From IMG/VR virus record IMGVR_UViG_3300027805_000006: a stretch of 64,000 nucleotides of DNA; one strand, 5' to 3'. A program made the translations under genes and the position numbers. The notes beneath the pieces are model-generated. The model searched no databases. It was not told the DNA's origin and saw nothing but the letters and a program-made list of their open reading frames with translations. This document shows positions 56,470 to 63,485 of this stretch, piece after piece (position 1 is the first letter of the stretch; each line of letters starts with the position of its first letter). The DNA comes from a virus (Duplodnaviria; Caudoviricetes).

Positions 56470-56627
56470 AATAACCTCCTTTTGAGTAAAAACTGGGCTT
56501 TTGTAAAACCCATATTATTTAGGTATTTCAATGCAATGTTAGATGCATTGTGAATATTTAGCGTTCCTGCACAGCACAGCAGCGGTGCCTCGACCTGGAC
56601 GCTGACCAAGTGTGCAAAAATGAATAG

Positions 56628-56707
56628 TGGTAGGCGCACTGGGACTCGAACCCCTGGCCTTCTGCGTGACAGGCAGACGATCTAACCAACTGATCTAACG
56701 GTGCCCT
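56628..56707 (-). tRNA. tRNA-Asp(GTC) with disrupted acceptor and T stems (possible pseudogene)
   Basis: D and anticodon arms canonical (TCTGC-CTGTCAC-GCAGA); acceptor pairs only with bulges. Confidence 0.65.
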
Positions 56708-56736
56708 TATAAAGGAATAGTTTAAACCAACTCCAA

Positions 56737-56742
56737 TAAATA
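56737..56742 (+). promoter_or_regulatory. late TAAATA motif for the plus-strand cassette
   Basis: 28 nt before ATG 56770. Confidence 0.6.
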
Positions 56743-56769
56743 CTTATATCTAACAGGCGAGAGTTTGCT

Positions 56770-57273
56770 ATGATTTTTGATGGAATTTCTCTAAGTGAAG
56801 GTTCAGTGTTTCAGAACCCAACTATTATTTCTGGCACGTCATTTCCAGGAAGTGCATCTGCGGGTGAATTGTTCTACAAGTCTGATACTGAAGCGCTAAG
56901 CATCTACACCGGTACTGCGTGGAAAGAAATAAGCAGCGCTAATCTGTATGACATCGCGCTGACGATTGAAGGAAAACCAACTGCCGACTCGGTGGTATTC
57001 TACTTCCCAGTGCCAAGAGGATTTGTAATTCCAAGTTCATTTACTGGTTCTCTTGCAAAGGCAGCAGTTGCCTCAGGTGATTCAGCACAGTTTGTAGTAA
57101 GCAAGAATGGAACGCAGATAGGAACAATTACCTTCAGCACCAGCGCAACAGGAACCTTCTCAGGAGCAGGTGGTTCTTTCGCTGCAAGTGATGTTCTTTC
57201 AATTCGTGCACCTGTTACTCAGGACTCTACGCTTGAGACCGTAGGCATCACGATTGTAACAGTTATTTCATAA
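56770..57273 (+). CDS. putative virion structural or fibre-related protein
   Basis: SGTSFPGSASAGELFYKSD resembles SGSQFPSQPDKGELFFNTS in 53973..54884. Confidence 0.65.
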   Translation: MIFDGISLSEGSVFQNPTIISGTSFPGSASAGELFYKSDTEALSIYTGTAWKEISSANLYDIALTIEGKPTADSVVFYFPVPRGFVIPSSFTGSLAKAAVASGDSAQFVVSKNGTQIGTITFSTSATGTFSGAGGSFAASDVLSIRAPVTQDSTLETVGITIVTVIS

Positions 57274-57282
57274 GGAAATTGT

Positions 57283-57741
57283 ATGGCTATTTCTTTTCAC
57301 CAAAGTATACGCGTTCCATTTGCAGAGCAAGTAGTGCGCCAGGGTTTAGGAGGCGGTATTTCAGTTTACAGCGGTGCCCAGCCCTCTCCACAGACAATCA
57401 TTGACAACTGGTCAACAACTTACAACGCCAATCAGTCTGCATTTCTATGGACAAGCACTGGTGCAGTATGGTCCATATTTTCAAACATTACGGTATATGC
57501 AAGCACCCTGCCAACATCTGCTCTTCCGGTAAGAAACGGTACTGCAGCTTGGGCAATCCTTTGGTCAACAGCGCCGACTCTTGCAAACCAACAGACATCT
57601 ACAATCCCTACTACAAAGTTCATAGTAGTGAATGTATCTTCAAGCACCGGTACAGGTGTTGTACGGTTCTTAAACAATGTTCTGAGTACCGCAACCTCTG
57701 TTACACCACAAGACATTGGTATTACTATTACTGTTATCTAA
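57283..57741 (+). CDS. putative structural protein
   Basis: VYSGAQP...GTAAWAIL; related to the next gene. Confidence 0.6.
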   Translation: MAISFHQSIRVPFAEQVVRQGLGGGISVYSGAQPSPQTIIDNWSTTYNANQSAFLWTSTGAVWSIFSNITVYASTLPTSALPVRNGTAAWAILWSTAPTLANQQTSTIPTTKFIVVNVSSSTGTGVVRFLNNVLSTATSVTPQDIGITITVI

Positions 57742-57750
57742 GGAACGACT

Positions 57751-58284
57751 ATGCCAACAATTAGCTTAAGCAACGATTTTATGTTTGGTGCAACGCCAAA
57801 TGGTTTATCGCGTTTCACTCAGATTGGTTCTAACTCCTTCGTCATCACCAACCCGTCATGCCCAATTATTGGTCGAGTCAGCTCGTCAGGCATTAATGCA
57901 AGTTCATCTGACATTACCCTTATGGGCGGAACTATGCCAGCAGTTTCATCATTGTCAACAACTGGGAACCCCGTTGGTACTACCATCTTGGCAACTTTTT
58001 CAGCATATGATGGCAATACATTCGGTGCATCTATTTCTGGATCTACACTAACTTTCTCAGGCACATATGTTGCTGCGACAGCATCAGGAACTGCAACTTG
58101 GTTCTGGTTTAAAACACGAAGCGCAGTCCTTTCTACCTTCATTGCTTACAATCATACAATTGGTACCGTCGGGCTCCCTGGATCGGGAGCCGATCTGGAA
58201 ATTGCTACAACATCTATTGTGTCTGGAAATTTATACAAGATAGCACGCTTAAGATTTACTCTTCCAACAACATTTACATATTGA
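57751..58284 (+). CDS. putative structural protein
   Basis: ATASGTATWFWF...GTVGLPGSGADLEIATTSI. Confidence 0.6.
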   Translation: MPTISLSNDFMFGATPNGLSRFTQIGSNSFVITNPSCPIIGRVSSSGINASSSDITLMGGTMPAVSSLSTTGNPVGTTILATFSAYDGNTFGASISGSTLTFSGTYVAATASGTATWFWFKTRSAVLSTFIAYNHTIGTVGLPGSGADLEIATTSIVSGNLYKIARLRFTLPTTFTY

Positions 58285-58285
58285 T

Positions 58286-58600
58286 ATGGCACTCATAAGT
58301 GTTTTCATAAAAAAATCCGCAAGTGTTGTACAGACATTTGACGCCGAAGACACGCAAATAACAACTTTTGGTGTCTTCGCAACAAATGCAGTTACATCAG
58401 ATACATTATTAGGTTCCGGAACTACACCCTTCGGTGTAGGTGCAACCACACAATCTAATGTCTACACGATTGAAGCAGAAAATACGCCAGAAGCAACATT
58501 CACTCTAGGTGCAACAACAAATACATCTGTCTACACCCTTGACGGAGAAACAATAGGTGTTGCTACCTTCGGCGTAGGAGCACAGGCTCAATACGCGTAA
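58286..58600 (+). CDS. Thr/Gly-rich hypothetical protein with short internal repeats
   Basis: FGVGATTQSNVYT / FTLGATTNTSVYT / FGVGA. Confidence 0.65.
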   Translation: MALISVFIKKSASVVQTFDAEDTQITTFGVFATNAVTSDTLLGSGTTPFGVGATTQSNVYTIEAENTPEATFTLGATTNTSVYTLDGETIGVATFGVGAQAQYA

Positions 58601-58606
58601 TTAATG

Positions 58607-58644
58607 TAGGCCGTGTTGGTTTCGAACCAACGACCAAGATTTTA
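58607..58644 (-). pseudogene. 3' half of an interrupted tRNA
   Basis: TAAAATCTT-GGTC-GTTGG-TTCGAAA-CCAAC-ACGGCCT-A; acceptor strand complements GGGCCGT at 59090-59084. Confidence 0.8.
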
Positions 58645-58662
58645 CACTAGTAAAAATAATTT

Positions 58663-58737
58663 TGGTAGGCCCAGTTGGAATCGAACCAACACTCCGGGCA
58701 TTATGAGTACCACGCTTTACCATTAAGCTATAGGCCC
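58663..58737 (-). tRNA. tRNA(CAT), Ile2-like or elongator Met, nested inside the split tRNA
   Basis: GGGCCTA/TGGGCCT-A-CCA; loop CT-CAT-AA. Confidence 0.88.
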
Positions 58738-59052
58738 ACAAAAATTATCTCTACGAATACTTTCGATATGCTCTTTACGAATTACTATCAGTTTTTTTGG
58801 AAAATACTTCCATTTTGCTTTATCTCGTTCTGTTTCGTATCCTTTTACTTCAATGTAAGCATCTAAATTGGGCAAATAGAAATCTGGAAAATATTTACGA
58901 ATGCCATTCCATTCATATTCAAACCATTCGTTTGAACGAATTATTGGTATTGATTTTTGAACACAATATTGATAGAATTCAAGTTCCCATTTTCCTTGAA
59001 ATTTTATTCCATCGTATATTATTTGTTTAGTTCTACCTCTATTAGATGAGGT
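58723..59052 (-). CDS. PD-(D/E)xK-type endonuclease, probably lacking its N-terminus
   Basis: KYFPDFYLPNLDAYIEVKG; the only in-frame ATG (59130) lies inside tRNA-Arg; the stop lies inside tRNA(CAT). Confidence 0.75.
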   Translation of the reverse strand, partial: TSSNRGRTKQIIYDGIKFQGKWELEFYQYCVQKSIPIIRSNEWFEYEWNGIRKYFPDFYLPNLDAYIEVKGYETERDKAKWKYFPKKLIVIRKEHIESIRRDNFCGPIA

Positions 59053-59090
59053 TTTTAGAGTCCTCTGCTCTCCCACTGAGCTAACGGCCC
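59053..59090 (-). pseudogene. 5' half of an interrupted tRNA (anticodon reads CTA)
   Basis: GGGCCGT-TA-GCTC-AGTGGGA-GAGC-A-GAGGA-CTCTAAAA. Confidence 0.8.
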
Positions 59091-59097
59091 GAAATAA

Positions 59098-59173
59098 TGG
59101 CGCGACTGGAGCGATTCGAACGCCCGACATACCGGGTAGAAGCCGGTTATTCTATCCCCTGAATTACAGTCGC
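59098..59173 (-). tRNA. tRNA-Arg(TCT)
   Basis: ACCGG-CTTCTAC-CCGGT; CCA. Confidence 0.92.
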
Positions 59174-59180
59174 GTTGTGA

Positions 59181-59255
59181 TGGTAGGACCAGAGGGATTC
59201 GAACCCTCGACCAACGGATTAAAAGTCCGCTGCGCTACCGCTGCGCCATAGTCCC
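59181..59255 (-). tRNA. tRNA-Lys(TTT)
   Basis: GCGGA-CTTTTAA-TCCGT; CCA. Confidence 0.95.
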
Positions 59256-59263
59256 GTTTATTC

Positions 59264-59737
59264 TTACCGCAGCAGCATCTTTAACGCATCTACTGCTACC
59301 TCAAAAAACTCAGTTTCTACTGCCACTGCCTTCGAGATCATTAGGTTCTGCTTTAGTCCAAATGGCTCAGGAAGAAAGTCGCTTCCTTCAGCCGGGTACT
59401 TATCTAGGAACTCCTCTATTCGCTGTTTGTACGAAGAGAAGACAGGATTTGAATATGTCACAATAATTTTGTTAAGTGCCTTAGCGTATCCAATTTCAAA
59501 TACTGTTCCACTGTCGGGCTCGGTGCCGTGAAATGGAGAGACATTTGCAAGAACAGCATCGCACCTTTGGATGAGTTCAATATTTGCAGCGTAAATTTCT
59601 CCTGCATCAGATAAGGCAGTATCGAGCGGGCTGAGAGGAATCATCCCGTGTGCACGTACCACCTTGGCTTTCTTTGCGAGCACCTCTGCTGCATTTTCAA
59701 GAAAGACATCCGGGCCAGCGAGATAAACAGTCTTCAA
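59264..59737 (-). CDS. nucleoside 2-deoxyribosyltransferase family protein
   Basis: VYLAGPDVF, CDAVLAN..PF.G.EPDSGTVFEIGYA, NLMI; TTG start with AAGGAG SD. Confidence 0.9.
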   Translation of the reverse strand: MKTVYLAGPDVFLENAAEVLAKKAKVVRAHGMIPLSPLDTALSDAGEIYAANIELIQRCDAVLANVSPFHGTEPDSGTVFEIGYAKALNKIIVTYSNPVFSSYKQRIEEFLDKYPAEGSDFLPEPFGLKQNLMISKAVAVETEFFEVAVDALKMLLR

Positions 59738-59817
59738 TTTATTCTCCTTCAGGGGTGCAAAAACAGAGTACTACCTGCTGCAGGCAGAACTGACGAGAGT
59801 AGTTTGACTTAGATAAC

Positions 59818-60084
59818 TTATTTGGTATCTTTTAGGTCAGATGGCTTGCTTTCTCTGTTAGAAGAATTTGCTCGGCTGTTTAGAGAAAGACCACCTAGAA
59901 GACCAACGAAGGCACCTACGATGGTGTTGAATGCGGGTGAGATAACTTCAAAAATGTCCTTGTTGTCAACTCCTTCATTGAAGAGTCCAACTAGCAGAAC
60001 ACAAACAGTAGCAAAACAGATGGTGGCAAGAGTGCCTACTGTTATCTTTAAAATCCAAGTAATAAGTTTTTCATAGTCACTCAT
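59818..60084 (-). CDS. two-TM small membrane protein (holin-like)
   Basis: Two hydrophobic helices, charged C-terminus. Confidence 0.65.
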   Translation of the reverse strand: MSDYEKLITWILKITVGTLATICFATVCVLLVGLFNEGVDNKDIFEVISPAFNTIVGAFVGLLGGLSLNSRANSSNRESKPSDLKDTK

Positions 60085-60128
60085 CTTAGACTCCTCGGCT
60101 TCAATATATTTAGCAAAAGTTCGTAAAA

Positions 60129-60215
60129 TGGAGTGAGCGACAGGGCTCGAACCTGCATTACCTTTCGGTTTTTACGGATTTGCAATCCGTTGCGTAACCA
60201 TTCCGCCACGCTCAC
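60129..60215 (-). tRNA. tRNA-Cys(GCA) with long variable arm
   Basis: ACGGA-TTGCAAA-TCCGT, then an extra ACC-GAAA-GGT hairpin; U73; CCA. Confidence 0.88.
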
Positions 60216-60239
60216 ATTGGACCGCTCTGCCACCTGTGC
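60216..60239 (-). pseudogene. 5' tRNA fragment (acceptor strand plus D arm) fused directly to tRNA-Cys
   Basis: GCACAGG-TG-GCAGAGCGGTCCAAT. Confidence 0.6.
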
Positions 60240-60241
60240 GA

Positions 60242-60318
60242 TGGTACCCACGGTTGGATTTGAACCAACGACTTCCACCTTATCAAGATGGCACTCTAAC
60301 CAACTGAGTTACGCGGGT
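60242..60318 (-). tRNA. tRNA-Ile(GAT)
   Basis: CCATC-TTGATAA-GGTGG; CCA. Confidence 0.93.
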
Positions 60319-60334
60319 ATAATTGAAATTTGTG

Positions 60335-60412
60335 TGCCCTAGGCGAGACTCGAACTCGCACCCGAAGACTGGCTTCTAAGACCAGCGTGTCTACCAATTC
60401 CACCACCAGGGC
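60335..60412 (-). tRNA. tRNA-Leu(TAG)
   Basis: CTGGT-CTTAGAA-GCCAG; short variable arm; no CCA. Confidence 0.9.
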
Positions 60413-60420
60413 TTGTAAAT

Positions 60421-60664
60421 GCCGGTTACGTAGTTCCGGCACCCTCCATTCGCCAAGGGCCGTCAGCGGCCAGTTACGCATCTGGCTTGCTGGGATTAAG
60501 CAACGCCTGCCTTGCGGCTAGTCTTCCCCCAGGTCCCACTGGGTATATCGCCGGTTACGCGATCCGGCTTAGGGTACATCACCATATGGACTGATCAGGT
60601 CCGCCCCGGTCACCTAACGCTTATATACGGGATGGTGGATTGACATACCTGGCCAATCAGCAGG
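60421..60664 (-). ncRNA. unidentified GC-rich structured RNA
   Basis: No convincing ORF; at least 7 hairpins, three closing CGUAA-ending loops. Confidence 0.7.
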
Positions 60665-60683
60665 TTATTAAATTTATCTATAC

Positions 60684-60747
60684 CATATTGAAGCACACTG
60701 GGGGATTCGAACCACCTATCTGTCGGCATCAATCATTTAGTGCCTCA
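60684..60747 (-). ncRNA. small tRNA-like RNA with T arm and closing stem
   Basis: UGAGGCAC/GUGCUUCA stem; GGUGG-UUCGAAU-CCCCC; 3' end AGUGUGCUUCAAUAUG. Confidence 0.55.
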
Positions 60748-61155
60748 TGATTCTTCTCTATTGCTAGTCATGCTATGATTACCCTTGTTTACTGTTACCT
60801 TGTCTTTATCGACAACAACAGTCATGGGTTCATTCGCCTCGTCTAGACGCTGAATAAGTTCATTTATAACCTTAAATTCAGGTTTTTCTTCTTTTTCTTT
60901 TGATCCAGTAATGCTTGCTAACATTGTAATCAATGCCATTACCGCGGTAGAAACTAATCCTATAACAGCAGGCAAACTATCGCTTGGAAGAAACGCACTA
61001 GAAACAACACCTACAATGACTAGTAATACTATCCATGGTATAGCAGTTTTGCCTATAATTTTGCTACTTACTTCCTTAGCAGTGTTTTGCTGCTCCATCT
61101 TCCTAAGTTCTATTATTGCTTGTGTTTTTAATAATTGCAATTCTTTGTCAGCCAT
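60745..61155 (-). CDS. two-TM membrane protein (holin-like)
   Basis: IPWIVLLVIVGVVSSAFL and LPAVIGLVSTAVMALITML. Confidence 0.7.
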   Translation of the reverse strand: MADKELQLLKTQAIIELRKMEQQNTAKEVSSKIIGKTAIPWIVLLVIVGVVSSAFLPSDSLPAVIGLVSTAVMALITMLASITGSKEKEEKPEFKVINELIQRLDEANEPMTVVVDKDKVTVNKGNHSMTSNREES

Positions 61156-61219
61156 AATAAACTCCTAAATACTCTCTTATATTTATTTAGTTTTTAGGAA
61201 AATTATCTACTGATATAAA

Positions 61220-61292
61220 CATATTGAAACACACTACCGCAAACTTCCAATGCACGATGCAGTCTATGGCATCCGTAATGTGCGTCAATATT
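61220..61292 (-). ncRNA. small three-way-junction RNA related to 60684..60747
   Basis: ~15-bp closing stem AUAUUGACGCACAUU/AGUGUGUUUCAAUAU; inner GAUGC/GCAUC hairpin. Confidence 0.55.
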
Positions 61293-61293
61293 G

Positions 61294-61366
61294 CGCCCCA
61301 GACCGGATTCGAACCGATGTGAACGCCGTGAAAGGGCGCTATCCTTGGCCACTAGATGACTGGGGC
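61294..61366 (-). tRNA. tRNA-Glu(TTC)
   Basis: GCGCC-CTTTCAC-GGCGT; no CCA. Confidence 0.92.
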
Positions 61367-61424
61367 AATATTGTATGTTTATTTTTAAAGAGCGTGCAGA
61401 CTTTTTAAATCTGCGTTAGAGGCT

Positions 61425-61453
61425 ATTATACAACAACCTCTAACTAATGTAAA
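61425..61453 (-). promoter_or_regulatory. strong sigma70/T4-early-type promoter for the tRNA array
   Basis: (G)TTTACA-17 nt-TATAAT. Confidence 0.8.
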
Positions 61454-61615
61454 CAACTTTCAGAAAGAATTTGCAGTCTCGGTGCCTACTTCATTTCTGA
61501 AGAGCACGTTTGTGGTCTCATCAATCTGAAAGTTTTACTATAATATCACAGTGGTAGCAAATATACACACCTGAAGGTGTAACAGTTGTAATGGTTTACA
61601 ACTTGCTGTCGGGAG

Positions 61616-62002
61616 TTAGTCTCTCAAGACCTCGGCTAGATTTTCTAGGTCTGACGTTCTAATCTGGTGTGCAGCATCTATGTCGATGGTTCTTGTTACT
61701 ACTCGTGGAAAGCGGAGCCCGCCGCCAACGTCGTGCCAGGTTCTGAAGAAAAGCACCTTTGAGTAGTGTTGTTTGTCCCACCAAACCTGAGGTGGGTCAA
61801 TTCGAAAGTCTCCCTGAAAAGAAGATACTCTAAAGGAATTTCCTGAAAAAGTCCAGCCTTCCTTGAAGAGCCGCTTACAAAAAGTCCGTAGAACTTCATT
61901 GTGCTCTTCTGGAACAGGACAGGACTGTAGGAACACAAAGAAATCAGACAACTGGCTTCCCATATTTTCCTGCTTGGGTGGGAAGCCAGTTGGATGTAGC
62001 AC
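61616..62002 (-). CDS. hypothetical protein
   Basis: ORF track. Confidence 0.6.
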   Translation of the reverse strand: MLHPTGFPPKQENMGSQLSDFFVFLQSCPVPEEHNEVLRTFCKRLFKEGWTFSGNSFRVSSFQGDFRIDPPQVWWDKQHYSKVLFFRTWHDVGGGLRFPRVVTRTIDIDAAHQIRTSDLENLAEVLRD

Positions 62003-62010
62003 GCTAATCG

Positions 62011-62238
62011 TCAGAAAAGTTCAGAGGCGGTCGAGGGCAGTTGGTCAAGTAGCGCCTCTTCATCAGGCTTTAGGTCACCAGTGCGCTGAAGTTCTTGTTT
62101 TACCTGTTGAACAACTGCATTCATCGCTTCGGTAATTTCCTCCGGAGTGGGTGAAGGAGAAATATCATAAGCATCTAGCACCTGATAAACTAGGTCCTTA
62201 GTTCCTTCTGAAAGTTGGCTAACGATTTTATGAAACAT
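62011..62238 (-). CDS. hypothetical protein
   Basis: ORF track. Confidence 0.7.
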   Translation of the reverse strand: MFHKIVSQLSEGTKDLVYQVLDAYDISPSPTPEEITEAMNAVVQQVKQELQRTGDLKPDEEALLDQLPSTASELF

Positions 62239-62240
62239 TT

Positions 62241-62555
62241 TTACCCCTGAAGAATTTGACCAGAAGACGCAGATGGGAGAGCAATCCCAGTCACCTGCTG
62301 CATATAGCTAGTTGCAACTTGTTCAATGACCTTAGCTGGTGCAGTCAAAAGTGCATGTGGAAGAAGCATAATTTCATGATCAGTATCAACGATCATTGAC
62401 CAAAACCCAAACCCAATGTGCGGTTGACCATCTGCTCCTCGCATTGGTGCAACTAGCAATGGGCGCTTAATCACATGCTCTCCAGTTTTACTGATACGAA
62501 CTAATTCAGCAACTAATTCGCTGCCATCGGATAATTTAAAGGAGCGGACGTCCAT
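62241..62555 (-). CDS. conserved T4-like phage protein (Sm-like fold suspected)
   Basis: FKLSDGSELVAEL...IKRPLLV...Y.QQVTGIALP. Confidence 0.65.
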   Translation of the reverse strand: MDVRSFKLSDGSELVAELVRISKTGEHVIKRPLLVAPMRGADGQPHIGFGFWSMIVDTDHEIMLLPHALLTAPAKVIEQVATSYMQQVTGIALPSASSGQILQG

Positions 62556-62558
62556 AAT

Positions 62559-63146
62559 TTAAAACTTGTAGTTAATGCTAGAAACTAGACCATTAAAAGT
62601 TTGGTCTGCCTGGCGAGTGTGTGAGTAACCTAGGCGAACACTGGTGTTCTTGCCTAGAGCCATTTGACCACCGATGGCATAGCGGTTAGCGTATGCAGGA
62701 GCATCTGCATTTAGACCGTTACGGTGACGGAAACTTACAAAGCCGGTCACATTCTTCATAATAGCCGTAGAGGCTTCAGCAGAAAGGCTGTAGTACTGCG
62801 CATTGCCAGCGAAGCCGCCGCCAGTTGTATCAACTTGGTTCATGCGACCGAAGGCAGCACGACCAACAACATTGATTTTACCGAGATTCATTCCATTGCT
62901 GTAGCCTACCTCAAAACCAACAGTGTCGTCACGCCCAATGGAATTGAGTTGAGTACCCATCAAAGCAGCATCAAATGCACCAAGCTTCGTTGGCAGCGAG
63001 GCACCAACAGTTAGTTCGTACTGTGACTGAAACGCCTGACCGCTGTTTGCACGGTCATAGTTTAGACCAGTAAACGCAGTGACGTTACCAGCAACGGCTG
63101 AATAAGATGCCGCTGCAAAAATGGTTGCTACTAGAACTTTCTTCAT
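62559..63146 (-). CDS. exported outer-membrane beta-barrel (porin-like)
   Basis: Signal peptide, amphipathic strands, C-terminal INYKF. Confidence 0.75.
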   Translation of the reverse strand: MKKVLVATIFAAASYSAVAGNVTAFTGLNYDRANSGQAFQSQYELTVGASLPTKLGAFDAALMGTQLNSIGRDDTVGFEVGYSNGMNLGKINVVGRAAFGRMNQVDTTGGGFAGNAQYYSLSAEASTAIMKNVTGFVSFRHRNGLNADAPAYANRYAIGGQMALGKNTSVRLGYSHTRQADQTFNGLVSSINYKF

Positions 63147-63226
63147 ATTCTTCCTTATCTATTTTTGATGCCTATCTCTAGGCGGTTACGAATTATAGAA
63201 TTTTCTGCCCGTCTTGGTACCAGAAT

Positions 63227-63484
63227 TTACAGGTTATCTGGTGAACGGTACAGTTTGATAACATTGGCAACCCGAAAGGAGCGCCAACCTTGTCGGTCAA
63301 GTGAATACACCCGCAGAGTGCCTTCATTGTCCGCAATCCTACTCTTCTCTTGCTTTTCTTCAGACACCGGAATGAACTTAGAATCAAGTGTGCATTCCAT
63401 CGTGGATTTAGAACCATCTACCTTGGTGAATTCTACCATCCACTTGCCAAAGGAAATCTTTTCACGAACTTCTTGCTTTTGCAT
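63227..63484 (-). CDS. WYL_2/DUF2693-like phage protein
   Basis: FTKVDGS...MECTL...VYSLDRQGWRSFRVANV. Confidence 0.75.
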   Translation of the reverse strand: MQKQEVREKISFGKWMVEFTKVDGSKSTMECTLDSKFIPVSEEKQEKSRIADNEGTLRVYSLDRQGWRSFRVANVIKLYRSPDNL

Positions 63485-63485
63485 A

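Noticed and set aside
56560-56616. GC-rich segment between tRNA-Asp and the small lipoprotein (TGCACA/TGTGCA and AGCG/CGCT pairing)
   Set aside because: Only short helices; too little evidence to call an RNA without homologs.
55726-58644. Trans-pairing of the orphan 5' half at 55726-55763 with the 3' half at 58607-58644
   Set aside because: GGCCCGG pairs only partly with ACGGCCT; the 59090 half pairs at all 7 positions.
58640-59052. Group I intron in the split tRNA
   Set aside because: The 413 nt are almost fully accounted for by the nuclease frame and the nested tRNA; no P3-P9 core is visible.
59053-59130. ORF-track N-terminus (MSGVRIAP...) of the nuclease
   Set aside because: It is a read-through of tRNA-Arg and the tRNA 5' half, with no SD.
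60421-60664. tmRNA, SRP RNA or RNase P RNA identity
   Set aside because: I could not find tRNA-Ala-like ends with a tag ORF, the SRP helix-8 motif, or RNase P P4 consensus by eye; an Rfam search is needed.
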